Shown: positions 1-8,057 of the stretch, piece by piece | Layout of the letters: every line of letters starts with the position of its first letter | Position numbering within the stretch: the first letter of the stretch is position 1 | Origin: Actinomycetota bacterium | Lineage (GTDB): Bacteria > Actinomycetota > Acidimicrobiia > Acidimicrobiales > CADCSY01 | DNA length: 64,000 bases | Direction: 5' to 3' | NCBI GenBank assembly: GCA_016781135.1 | Contig: JADDQY010000126.1 | Location: forward strand, 1,861-65,860 | Translations under genes and position numbers: made by a program | Notes under the pieces: generated by a model | Database searches by the model: none | What the model was told of the DNA's origin: nothing | What the model saw: only the letters and a program-made list of their open reading frames with translations

Positions 1-1
1 C

Positions 2-316
2 TCCACTCGTCGGCTCTCGGTCCGGATCTCGGCCGTCGCCGATCCGCCGCAGGCCGCCCTTGACCTGCTCGGCCACCGCCCCACGTCGCAGCGCGATCGC
101 CTCCGCTGGGACAGCGCCGTCGAGAACCTCGCCGTCTACCTCGACGAGCGCGGGCACGACTGGCCGGACCGAGCGGCGTCGCTACGCGACCTTCTCGGCG
201 AACGACCGAAGCAGATCCTCGACCGGTACGAGCACGATCGTGTTGCCAAGTCTGTGCAAGAAGCGATCAGTGCGCCCGGGAGAGACCTAAAACACGGTTT
301 GTCGCTCGGACGGTGA
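2..316 (+). CDS. C-terminal end of an unidentified protein (gene starts upstream of the window)
   Basis: Frame open from base 2 to TGA 314-316 with G/C-rich third codon positions. It is absent from the ORF track only because no start codon lies in the window. No motif recognised. Confidence 0.35.
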   Translation, partial: STRRLSVRISAVADPPQAALDLLGHRPTSQRDRLRWDSAVENLAVYLDERGHDWPDRAASLRDLLGERPKQILDRYEHDRVAKSVQEAISAPGRDLKHGLSLGR

Positions 317-328
317 TCCCGCGGGAGT

Positions 329-1093
329 TCACGCCGCAGGACCGGGCGGCGCCGCCCGGGTCGGTCCTGCCTCCGGGTCCGTCGGCTGCTGCAACAGCTC
401 AATCGTCGAGCCGTCGTCCAGGTGGAGCTGCACGGCTAGCGGATTCGCCGACGGGAAGGTCACCGCCGCGATGTGCTTGCCGACGACGGTCTCGATCTCG
501 AACCCGACGGTCACCGCGCGCAGTGAATCAAGCCGCGTCAACGCGTGACGAAGCTGAGCCCTCGCCGTTGCGCTGATCGAAGCGACGCGCACGATGTCGA
601 GACGGTCAAGCGTCACCCGGTACGTCAGGTCGACGACCGCTTCCGGAACGAGGCCATCCGCCGAGGCCGGAACCGGCAGGTAGCCGAGCATCTTCCCCGC
701 CATGAGGTTCCCACGATCTACGTCGAGGTCGTCGGGATGCAGCAGTGGGCTCGCCGTAAACGTGCGGTCAAGGCTCGCGTCCTCACTCGCCAGGCGCTCC
801 GCTTCGGCTTGGGGTACGCCCTGCTTGATCAGCTGGCTCCGGCGGCGGTTCCATTCCTTGTCGAAGTGGCAGTCGTGCGAAGTCACCATCACCAGCGCAG
901 GGCCGGCGGTGATGCGTAGGTCGGCGTGGTCGCCCGCAGGAGCGGTCACCGTGATGTCGTACGCGTCGAGTCGCGTCCACTGGGGTGGCGTGAATCGGTC
1001 GTCGGCTACGAGTCGGACAACACCAGCGAGCAGGATGTCGCCCTGCTGGGGCGGCCCGTCCGCAGGGACGTAAAAGGAGTCGGCGGGGATCAC
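329..1093 (-). CDS. Hypothetical protein, distal gene of a 3-gene operon (candidate effector)
   Basis: 254-aa ORF. Its GTG start overlaps the upstream stop (GTGA at 1090-1093). Conserved-looking block QQGDILL...VMVTSHDCHFDKEW. No family recognised. Confidence 0.6.
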   Translation of the reverse strand: MIPADSFYVPADGPPQQGDILLAGVVRLVADDRFTPPQWTRLDAYDITVTAPAGDHADLRITAGPALVMVTSHDCHFDKEWNRRRSQLIKQGVPQAEAERLASEDASLDRTFTASPLLHPDDLDVDRGNLMAGKMLGYLPVPASADGLVPEAVVDLTYRVTLDRLDIVRVASISATARAQLRHALTRLDSLRAVTVGFEIETVVGKHIAAVTFPSANPLAVQLHLDDGSTIELLQQPTDPEAGPTRAAPPGPAA

Positions 1094-1794
1094 CGGTAGC
1101 CCGGACGCCGGCGTTCGAGGTCGGGTTCCTCGAGCCTGTGCGCGTCGGTGGTGTCCATCTCATAGGTCGCGTCGGGCCGCGCTGTGGCAGCTCGAGGCGG
1201 AGCCGCCAGCTGACCAGCAGCGAGAGCGCGAACAGCGGCCGACCAGATGGGCTCGACTTGGTCGACGGCGCGCGGTCGAACGTCCACCCGGGCTCGAAGG
1301 CGTGCCACCCACGTCCGCCACGCCGTGGCGACCGCGTACCGGCCCGCACCGATCGAGTCGAGCAGCGTCGAATCGCCGCGTTGGCTCAGCACGATGTCGC
1401 GGACGTGACCAGGATGCTCCGCCTCGATCTCACGCGTGACGCGGGCAAGGATGCGGAGCGCCTCAATACGTTCGGGCTGCGGGTTGATCTCGCCGCTGGC
1501 ATAGCCCGACAATGAGCGCCGATCGACGCCAATCCCGCGCGCCACGTCCTGGCGGGTGAGGCCCCGCCGGCAGATATCGTCACGAAGCCGACGGACCTCA
1601 GCCACGATCTCCATCTCACGATGCTCGAACGCCGGGACCGTCGTGACGCCGAGGACGTGGTGGCGGAGGTACGCGCAGAGCGGAATGCCGGCGTTCGTGC
1701 CGAACACTGTCGTCGCCAGCAGCCCTGGCACGATCTCTACGTCGCTCGCGGCTCCGCACCGCAAGTACGAGGCCGGCGTGTCGACCATGCTCAT
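1090..1794 (-). CDS. XRE-type helix-turn-helix protein with uncharacterised N- and C-terminal extensions
   Basis: 234 aa. Central LTRQDVARGIGVDRRSLSGYASGEINP matches the XRE/Cro HTH pattern. ATGA overlap with the upstream gene at 1791-1794. Confidence 0.65.
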   Translation of the reverse strand: MSMVDTPASYLRCGAASDVEIVPGLLATTVFGTNAGIPLCAYLRHHVLGVTTVPAFEHREMEIVAEVRRLRDDICRRGLTRQDVARGIGVDRRSLSGYASGEINPQPERIEALRILARVTREIEAEHPGHVRDIVLSQRGDSTLLDSIGAGRYAVATAWRTWVARLRARVDVRPRAVDQVEPIWSAAVRALAAGQLAAPPRAATARPDATYEMDTTDAHRLEEPDLERRRPGYR

Positions 1795-2609
1795 GGCTGC
1801 CCTCCATACGCGACGAGGAACGAATCGTCAACGGCCCACCGGAAGAAGCGGTAGATCCGCTCACACGCGGACTCGGCCTTCGCCCCGAGTGCGACTGGCT
1901 CGAATGGCATGGGTTCCCCTGTGTAGGCGTCGAGATCGAGCACCCAGCTGCGCGACTTAACGGGAGCGATGGCGGGATCGAAGGTCGCCATCTCGGGGAG
2001 CACACCCCAGCGGCCGTGCAGTTCCAGGCCATCCGGTAGGTGGTAGGTCGTGTCGCTGAACGCGTGCACGAGGTCGGCACCGTCGCCTGCCGGTGTCCCG
2101 ACCGTGCCGAGCACCTCGGCGCGTAACAGCTCGGCGAGGCGACCGAGGAGTGCGGTGTCGGTAACGCGGTCGACGTACCTGATGCCGATCCGCTCGCAGA
2201 ACCGCACCCGCAGCTCTCGTTGGGCAGCCACGAGCAGCGCCGTCAGCCGGTCGAGGAAGTCCCGTCGACGCGTGTAGCGGGTGGTGGCGAGCGCCAAGAA
2301 GTCAGGCGCAAGCATGACCTGCCAGCCCTCTGGTCGTTCGTCGAACCGCCACAAGTGTCCCGACTCGGCCGTCGTGATCTGACCATCTGGCCCGACGAGG
2401 ATTCCGGCTTGTTGCTCACGTCGCATCACCGGATACACGCCGCGGATCGCCTCTTGGAACCCGGCGATGAAGTCCTCCGATCCGATCGACGCCACCCGCT
2501 CGAACCGCACCTGCGCGACCACGAACGCCAGCGGCGATCGGGGCAATGGCACCTCGGGCGCCGGCGGTCCAAACGGTGTCTCGATCACGCTTCCCACGAT
2601 ACTTCCCAT
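1791..2609 (-). CDS. TIGR04255-like uncharacterised protein (family assignment from memory)
   Basis: 272 aa. N-terminus ...PLPRSPLAFVVAQVRFERVASI...DFIAGFQEAIRGVYP resembles the N-terminal signature I recall for TIGR04255 family proteins. First gene of the operon, divergent from BREX. Confidence 0.45.
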   Translation of the reverse strand: MGSIVGSVIETPFGPPAPEVPLPRSPLAFVVAQVRFERVASIGSEDFIAGFQEAIRGVYPVMRREQQAGILVGPDGQITTAESGHLWRFDERPEGWQVMLAPDFLALATTRYTRRRDFLDRLTALLVAAQRELRVRFCERIGIRYVDRVTDTALLGRLAELLRAEVLGTVGTPAGDGADLVHAFSDTTYHLPDGLELHGRWGVLPEMATFDPAIAPVKSRSWVLDLDAYTGEPMPFEPVALGAKAESACERIYRFFRWAVDDSFLVAYGGQP

Positions 2610-2637
2610 CGGATGTCTTGGGAAGTCGCTTGAGAAG
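2590..2637. promoter_or_regulatory. Nested inverted-repeat operator candidate: CTTCCCA-N5-CTTCCCA-N10-TGGGAAG-N5-TGAGAAG
   Basis: Half-sites at 2590-2596, 2602-2608, 2619-2625 and 2631-2637, with 12-nt periodicity and symmetry about 2613/2614. The array straddles the ATG (2607-2609) of the TIGR04255-like gene in the divergent region shared with BREX. Confidence 0.5.
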
Positions 2638-2745
2638 TGTCATACCGTCTCTACACTGGGGACGACCTACGTCGTTCGACGTCGGCGTGGCAGAGACGAG
2701 GACAGTGGTCAGTTGGCCATGCTCTCGAGGTCGTGAGGCCTCCCC

Positions 2746-3279
2746 ATGACGGCGAGCGACTCGGCGCGCCTCGTGGTTGCCGTCGCGCGCCTGGGCGAGG
2801 CGGACCTCGCCGGCTGGTGGCGGTCGCATGGCCTTGACACGGTCGGCGAGTACGTGTTGCCGGACCTGTTCCCCCGAACGGCAACGGTTGTGGGGGCCGA
2901 GCTTGCCGTGCTGTCCGCGGCGAAGCGCCACGCCGACGCCTTGCCGGATCGCGACGACGTCCTCCACCTCTTCGGCGACCCACTTCCGGCCTTCGCAGAG
3001 GCGCTCGCGTGGTTGGCGGAGCTGAAGACAAGTGGCGAGACGAGCTTCCTCGACGAGCTCCGCGGCTGGTCGACGGCCGACGCCGCCCACGCCGAGGTCG
3101 GCGCCGCGACCGGGGAGGCGCCACCGGGCGAGCGGATCGGTACGACGCTGCGACTCGGCAAGGTGGCCGCAGCCGAGCTTGCCGATCCTGTCCGTGCCGC
3201 GGCGGTCGCGAAGTTCCTGGCTGCTGCGTACGCAGGTCAAGGTCGCGACCTCGCTGTCCCCTACTTCGATCTCGCATGA
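2746..3279 (+). CDS. Small protein translationally coupled to brxA (BrxE-like by position)
   Basis: 177 aa. Its stop overlaps the brxA start (ATGA at 3276-3279). It occupies the position brxE holds ahead of brxA in type 6 BREX. No catalytic motif seen. Confidence 0.5.
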   Translation: MTASDSARLVVAVARLGEADLAGWWRSHGLDTVGEYVLPDLFPRTATVVGAELAVLSAAKRHADALPDRDDVLHLFGDPLPAFAEALAWLAELKTSGETSFLDELRGWSTADAAHAEVGAATGEAPPGERIGTTLRLGKVAAAELADPVRAAAVAKFLAAAYAGQGRDLAVPYFDLA

Positions 3280-4040
3280 CGGCGCCGGCGTTTACCGTCA
3301 ACATCCAGAAGGGGGGCGCGTTGCTCCCCGACGCCCGCCGACTCGTGGAGGTCTGGGACGTGTCGGAGCCGGCTGAGGTGAACGTCCGGCGCGTCGCCGA
3401 CGAGAACCTGCTTGGCAAGACGACCAGGCGCCGCCTCGATGACGTCCTGTTGCGCTGCCTGGCGCCTCGTTTTGTCGAACCGGGACCTCACGTGGTCGCC
3501 GCGCTGAAGCGGCTGCTCCCCGATCACCGGGCCTTCATCGAGGCCGCCTACTACGAGACGAGCCGGGACGAGCGCTTGCTCGCTGCGTTTGCAGAGGGGC
3601 CGTGCTTCGCGTGGTACGACGCCGGGCGGTCCCGCGTGACGATCGACGACGCTACGTCATGGCTGGCGGAGCAAGCCGTCGCGGGCGTCTTGGCCGACTG
3701 GTCGCCGACGGTGCGGATCAAAGTCGGCCGCGGACTGCTGGCCGCACTGCGCGACTTCCAGGTTTTCGAAGGCGGCAAGCTCAAACGGTTCGCGCCGCCG
3801 CGGCTGTCCTTGCGTGGCTTCGCGTACGTCGCGTTCCGCCTCCACGAGCAGGGCGCGTCGTCGACGACCATCGCCACATCTCCTGTGTGGCGGCGTTGGC
3901 TCCTCGGCCGCGGGCGCGTCGACGACCTTCTGCACCAGGCTGCCTGCGCGGGACTCCTCACCTATGGCAGCGCCGGAACGGCGATCAGAATCGACTGGCA
4001 CGTCGCGACCGTCGAGGAGGCGATTCGTGCCGCTGCCTAG
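3276..4040 (+). CDS. brxA: BREX protein BrxA (DUF1819 family)
   Basis: The internal ATG at 3276 in the 3009..4040 frame gives 254 aa, MTAPAFTVNIQKGGALLPDARRL...ENLLGKTTRRRLDDVL. Call rests on DUF1819-like pattern and synteny. Confidence 0.75.
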   Translation: MTAPAFTVNIQKGGALLPDARRLVEVWDVSEPAEVNVRRVADENLLGKTTRRRLDDVLLRCLAPRFVEPGPHVVAALKRLLPDHRAFIEAAYYETSRDERLLAAFAEGPCFAWYDAGRSRVTIDDATSWLAEQAVAGVLADWSPTVRIKVGRGLLAALRDFQVFEGGKLKRFAPPRLSLRGFAYVAFRLHEQGASSTTIATSPVWRRWLLGRGRVDDLLHQAACAGLLTYGSAGTAIRIDWHVATVEEAIRAAA

Positions 4041-4605
4041 GACCATTCAGCAAGTCGCCGACACCATCGTCGCGTTCCATGCGAAGCCAGTCGGCGACGG
4101 CCCGTACCAGCTCTACCAGTACCTGCCGCACCAGGAGTACCGGGTCCGGCGGGATCTCGCCGACCTCAAGATCTGGCTCGAAGCCAAGCAGATCAACTGC
4201 GTCGCGATCTCCCTCGCCGATCTCTTCTGGCAGGCGATCGAGGAGAGCGGGCGCTTCGACGCGATCGTCAGCGCCGAGCAGGCCGGCGGTCCGACAGCGC
4301 TCGCGGAGGTCATCGAGTCCATCGGGAACCTCCTGCGGCGCAGCCTGTCGCTCACCGACCGCATCGTCGACGCCGTCAACGAGGTCTCACCCAGGTCGGC
4401 CGTGTTCCTCTACCGCGCCGGTGCCCTGTATCCCGCGATCCGCACCTCCGGGCTCCTCGACGAGCTGCTCGGGCGAGTCCTCCTGCCGGTCACCCTGCTG
4501 TACCCAGGACGCCTTCATGGCGACTTCGGCCTCAGCTTCATGGACATACTGCCGCCGCACTACGGCTACCGCGCCACGATCATCCCGAGAGGAGACGACG
4601 AGTGA
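4027..4605 (+). CDS. brxB: BREX protein BrxB (DUF1788 family)
   Basis: The GTG at 4027 in the 3814..4605 frame gives 192 aa ending ...LLYPGRLHGDFGLSFMDILPPHYGYRATII, typical of the DUF1788 C-terminus. Overlaps the brxA stop by 14 nt. Confidence 0.75.
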   Translation: MPLPRTIQQVADTIVAFHAKPVGDGPYQLYQYLPHQEYRVRRDLADLKIWLEAKQINCVAISLADLFWQAIEESGRFDAIVSAEQAGGPTALAEVIESIGNLLRRSLSLTDRIVDAVNEVSPRSAVFLYRAGALYPAIRTSGLLDELLGRVLLPVTLLYPGRLHGDFGLSFMDILPPHYGYRATIIPRGDDE

Positions 4606-7600
4606 AGGTCGCAGAGGTCTTCCGCCGGCCGATCGAGCGCCGCATCGAGGAGGTCATCAAGGTCGAGCTCGACGACGAGAAGACCGTCGCCGACGAGCTG
4701 ACCGAGTACGTCGCGACCGAGCGCATCCAAACAGCGATGGGGGAGGTGCTCGACTCCTACCAGGAAACCATCGACAACCCGACCGAGGACACCAACGTCT
4801 GGATCTCGGGGTTCTTCGGCTCCGGAAAGTCGAGCTTCGCCAAGGTCATCGGCTACCTCGTCGCCAACCCGGTCGTCGACGGGAAGCAGGCGAGCGACTG
4901 GTTCTTCGCCCACACCACCGCGCCCCGGCTCAAGCAGCTCCTGACGACGCAGATCCACGACCGGGCAAAGGCCGTCACCGTCCTCGTCGACCTGCTCTCC
5001 GCCCGAAACGTGTTGAACGAGGGCGAGAGCATCGTCCTACCGCTGTACCGCGCCCTGCTCGACCGCCTCGGCTACTCGACGGTGATCGCCCTCGCCGAGC
5101 AGGAGATCCGGCTCGAGAAGAAGGGCCTCTACGAGAAGTTCGCCGCCCGGTACCAGGAGCTGTACGACCGGCCGTGGTCGAGCGACCATCACGACCCCCT
5201 CGCCAAGAGCGAGATGAGCCGGGTCCTGCACGACATCGAGCCCGAGACCTTCGAGACCCCCGACAGCTTCGCCCACAGCCACTTCGACATTGCCATCGAC
5301 GCGAACTGGTTGGCGCAACGAGCGCTGGATCTACTCGACCGCCGCGGCCAGGGCGCCACCCGCGTGATGTTCGTAATCGACGAGGTCGGCCAGTACGTGG
5401 CTCGCGACGTCCACCGTGTCGGCGACCTCCAAGGTGTGGCCGAGGCGCTCCAGAAGACGCGCGGCCGGCTGTGGCTTTTGGCCACAAGTCAGCAGCGGCT
5501 CGAGGACATCGTCGAGTCGCTCGAGGGCAACCGGAGCGAGCTCGCCCGGGTGAAGGACCGCTTCCCGATCAAGGTCGACCTGCTCCCGTCCGACATCGAA
5601 GACGTCGTCGCCGCCCGCGTCTTGGACAAGTCCGCGGACGGGCAGGCCGAGGTCCGAACGAGGTTCGCGGCCTCCCGCAACCAGCTGAATGCGAACATCA
5701 AGCTCACCGGCTCCCGCGGGGCCGACCTGGCCGAGGAGCACGTCGTGCGCCTCTACCCGCTGCTGCCGTACCAGGTCCGGCTGTTCATCGACGCCGTCGC
5801 CGCCCGCCGCGAAGGCGGCATGGTGGGCGGCGCCAACCGCACGCTCCTGCGCCTCACCCAGCAGCTCGTGATCTCGCCCGACGTCGGCATCGCGGCCGAA
5901 CAGGTCGGGCGCCTCGCCACGGTCGACCGCGCCTACGACGTCATGGCCTCGATCGTGCCGCCCCGATGGCGCGACGAAGTCGAGCAGGTCGCGGCCCGCC
6001 ACTGTCCCGATGCGCTCCCGACCCGCGCCCTCAAGGTGATCGCGCTGTGCGTCGACGTCCGCGACCTCACGCTCGACGCCCACAACATCGCCGTGCTCCT
6101 CCACGACGACATGGCCGCCGAGTCGCTCGAGGCCGACGTGAAGGTGGCGTTGAAGACGCTCGTCGACGAAGGACGCATCGAGCTCGGCACCGCCGGCTAC
6201 CGCCTGCAGTCGCCCGAGGGGAAGTCGTGGATCGAGGCGCGCAACGTGATCACTCCCAAGGTCGCCGACGTCAACCGCCTCCGAAAGCAGCTCCTCGAGG
6301 GCCCGCTCGGGAGCCTCTCGGTCAACGCTGGACGGACGTTCACGGTCGAGCTGACCGTCGGCGACGAGAAGCTGTCGAAGGGAGACGTGCCCCTCGTGGT
6401 CGTCGAGCAGGACCCGAACGAGCTCCACGGCATCATCACCGAGTCGAGGGTCAAGAAGAACACCGTGTGGTGGACCCACACGCTGTCGAACGCGTCACTG
6501 CAGGCACTCGAGGAGCTCCACAAGAGCCAAGAGATGATCAACCGCCGTCAGGCCAGCGCGCGCGGTGGCGAGGACGCCGAGCTGGTGGCACGGGAGAAGC
6601 GCATCGCGGCCGAGTGGGAGGACAAGGCACGGCGCAGCATCGAGGCAGACCTCGCCACCGGGCGCGTCGTCTTCCTCGGTCGGGTCGACGCACCGCCGAC
6701 TGGCGACCTCAAGACGAGGGGCCAGAAGATCGTCGAGGAGCGGATTCCCGAGATCTACACGCGCCTCGGCGAGTTCGCCGCCTCACTCAAGGCGTCGGAC
6801 CCACTCGTCGTCCTGCGCGACGCAACTCTCGACGGGGTTCCTGCCGCGCTCACCGCGATCAAGCTCGTCGTGGTCAAGCCCTCAGGCAAGGAGATCGAGC
6901 GGACGAAGGGGCCGCTCAAGATGGTGCTCGACGAGATCGCCACCCAGCACGGCTACGGCGCCGAGGTGACCGGTGCCTCGCTTGCTAAGACGTTCGCGGC
7001 ACCGCCGTACGGCGCGTCCATGGAGGTGGTCCAGGCAGTCGTCGCCGCCGGCGTCCGCGAGGGCCTGCTGGACGTGCGATACCAGGGCGCCCTGATCAAG
7101 AACCCGGGCGACCAGCGACTCGACGCGGTGTTCAAGGGCCCCGCGGCGTTCCGCTCGGCAAGCTTCCGCTCGCACGAGGAGGTGGTGCCCGTCGACAAGC
7201 GCGTCGAGCTCGCGAAGAAGCTTACCCGCATCGTTGGCACCAAGGTAAACCCGACGACGGACGAGCTCGCGAGGACGGCCCGCGACATTTTCTCGCCGGA
7301 CGGCGCTGCAGCCGACCGAGTCCGCGCCACCCTCGTCGGCCTCGGCATCGCCGTCCCGACCGCCGTCACCACGGTCGCCGACGCCGCCCGCGACCTCGCG
7401 TCGGGCGATGACGACGGAACGGTGCTGACGGCCCTGGCCGTGTGGCACGACCTCGTCGCCGGGCGAGCCACCGTCGCCCAACTCGCGTCGCTCCTCGACG
7501 CCCACCTCGGCGAGTTGCGCGCCGCCCAGGAGGTCGCCGCCAGCTCCCCCGCCGGTCTGCCCGACGAGCTGGCTGCCGAGCACAGCGAGCTTCGCGATCT

Positions 7601-8057
7601 CCTCGACGCCGGTGACCTCGCCGACAAGCTCGGCCGAATCACCGCCATCACCGGCGCGATCACCGCCCATCGATCGGCTCGCCTGGCCAAGCTGCGCGCC
7701 GAGCTGGTCCAGCGCATGGAAGGCGAGCGCGCCGCGATCCGCGCTCGCTACCCGGCTGTCGACCCCGACGTGATGGCAGAGACGCTCTCACGCCTCGATC
7801 AGCTCAATCCGGTTGAGGGCGAGGAGGTCGGCACCGACGTGCTCGCGGCTCGCCTCGACGCCATCCAGAAGGCCGCCGCCGACGTCGCCCACGCGCTCGA
7901 CAAGGTCATCGCCAAGGAGCGGCTGGCAACGGTGCCGATCAGCGAGATCGCGCCGGACCTCATCCGCACCAGCGATGACCTCACCCTCGTCGTCGAGCGC
8001 CTCCAGAAGCAGGTCGCCGAGCTCCTGGGCGACGACAAGGAGGTCCGCCTCACGTGA
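4602..8057 (+). CDS. brxC: BREX ATPase BrxC/PglY
   Basis: 1151 aa with Walker A GFFGSGKSSFAKV near the N-terminus. GTGA overlap with brxB. Size and position are canonical. Confidence 0.9.
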   Translation: MKVAEVFRRPIERRIEEVIKVELDDEKTVADELTEYVATERIQTAMGEVLDSYQETIDNPTEDTNVWISGFFGSGKSSFAKVIGYLVANPVVDGKQASDWFFAHTTAPRLKQLLTTQIHDRAKAVTVLVDLLSARNVLNEGESIVLPLYRALLDRLGYSTVIALAEQEIRLEKKGLYEKFAARYQELYDRPWSSDHHDPLAKSEMSRVLHDIEPETFETPDSFAHSHFDIAIDANWLAQRALDLLDRRGQGATRVMFVIDEVGQYVARDVHRVGDLQGVAEALQKTRGRLWLLATSQQRLEDIVESLEGNRSELARVKDRFPIKVDLLPSDIEDVVAARVLDKSADGQAEVRTRFAASRNQLNANIKLTGSRGADLAEEHVVRLYPLLPYQVRLFIDAVAARREGGMVGGANRTLLRLTQQLVISPDVGIAAEQVGRLATVDRAYDVMASIVPPRWRDEVEQVAARHCPDALPTRALKVIALCVDVRDLTLDAHNIAVLLHDDMAAESLEADVKVALKTLVDEGRIELGTAGYRLQSPEGKSWIEARNVITPKVADVNRLRKQLLEGPLGSLSVNAGRTFTVELTVGDEKLSKGDVPLVVVEQDPNELHGIITESRVKKNTVWWTHTLSNASLQALEELHKSQEMINRRQASARGGEDAELVAREKRIAAEWEDKARRSIEADLATGRVVFLGRVDAPPTGDLKTRGQKIVEERIPEIYTRLGEFAASLKASDPLVVLRDATLDGVPAALTAIKLVVVKPSGKEIERTKGPLKMVLDEIATQHGYGAEVTGASLAKTFAAPPYGASMEVVQAVVAAGVREGLLDVRYQGALIKNPGDQRLDAVFKGPAAFRSASFRSHEEVVPVDKRVELAKKLTRIVGTKVNPTTDELARTARDIFSPDGAAADRVRATLVGLGIAVPTAVTTVADAARDLASGDDDGTVLTALAVWHDLVAGRATVAQLASLLDAHLGELRAAQEVAASSPAGLPDELAAEHSELRDLLDAGDLADKLGRITAITGAITAHRSARLAKLRAELVQRMEGERAAIRARYPAVDPDVMAETLSRLDQLNPVEGEEVGTDVLAARLDAIQKAAADVAHALDKVIAKERLATVPISEIAPDLIRTSDDLTLVVERLQKQVAELLGDDKEVRLT

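Noticed and set aside
340-372. Possible left att site: GCGGCGCCGCCCGG resembles the tRNA 3'-end region GCGGCGCCCCCGG
   Set aside because: Only about 13 matching positions, with a gap, in GC-rich sequence, and similarity stops after the acceptor stem. That is too weak to call an attachment-site repeat, so the left island boundary remains unknown.
3602-6988. 1128-aa ORF on the plus strand overlapping brxA, brxB and brxC
   Set aside because: It is out of frame with the motif-bearing BREX genes. Its translation is almost entirely Arg/Pro/Gly/Ala low-complexity sequence with no motif, which is typical shadow-ORF behaviour in high-GC DNA.
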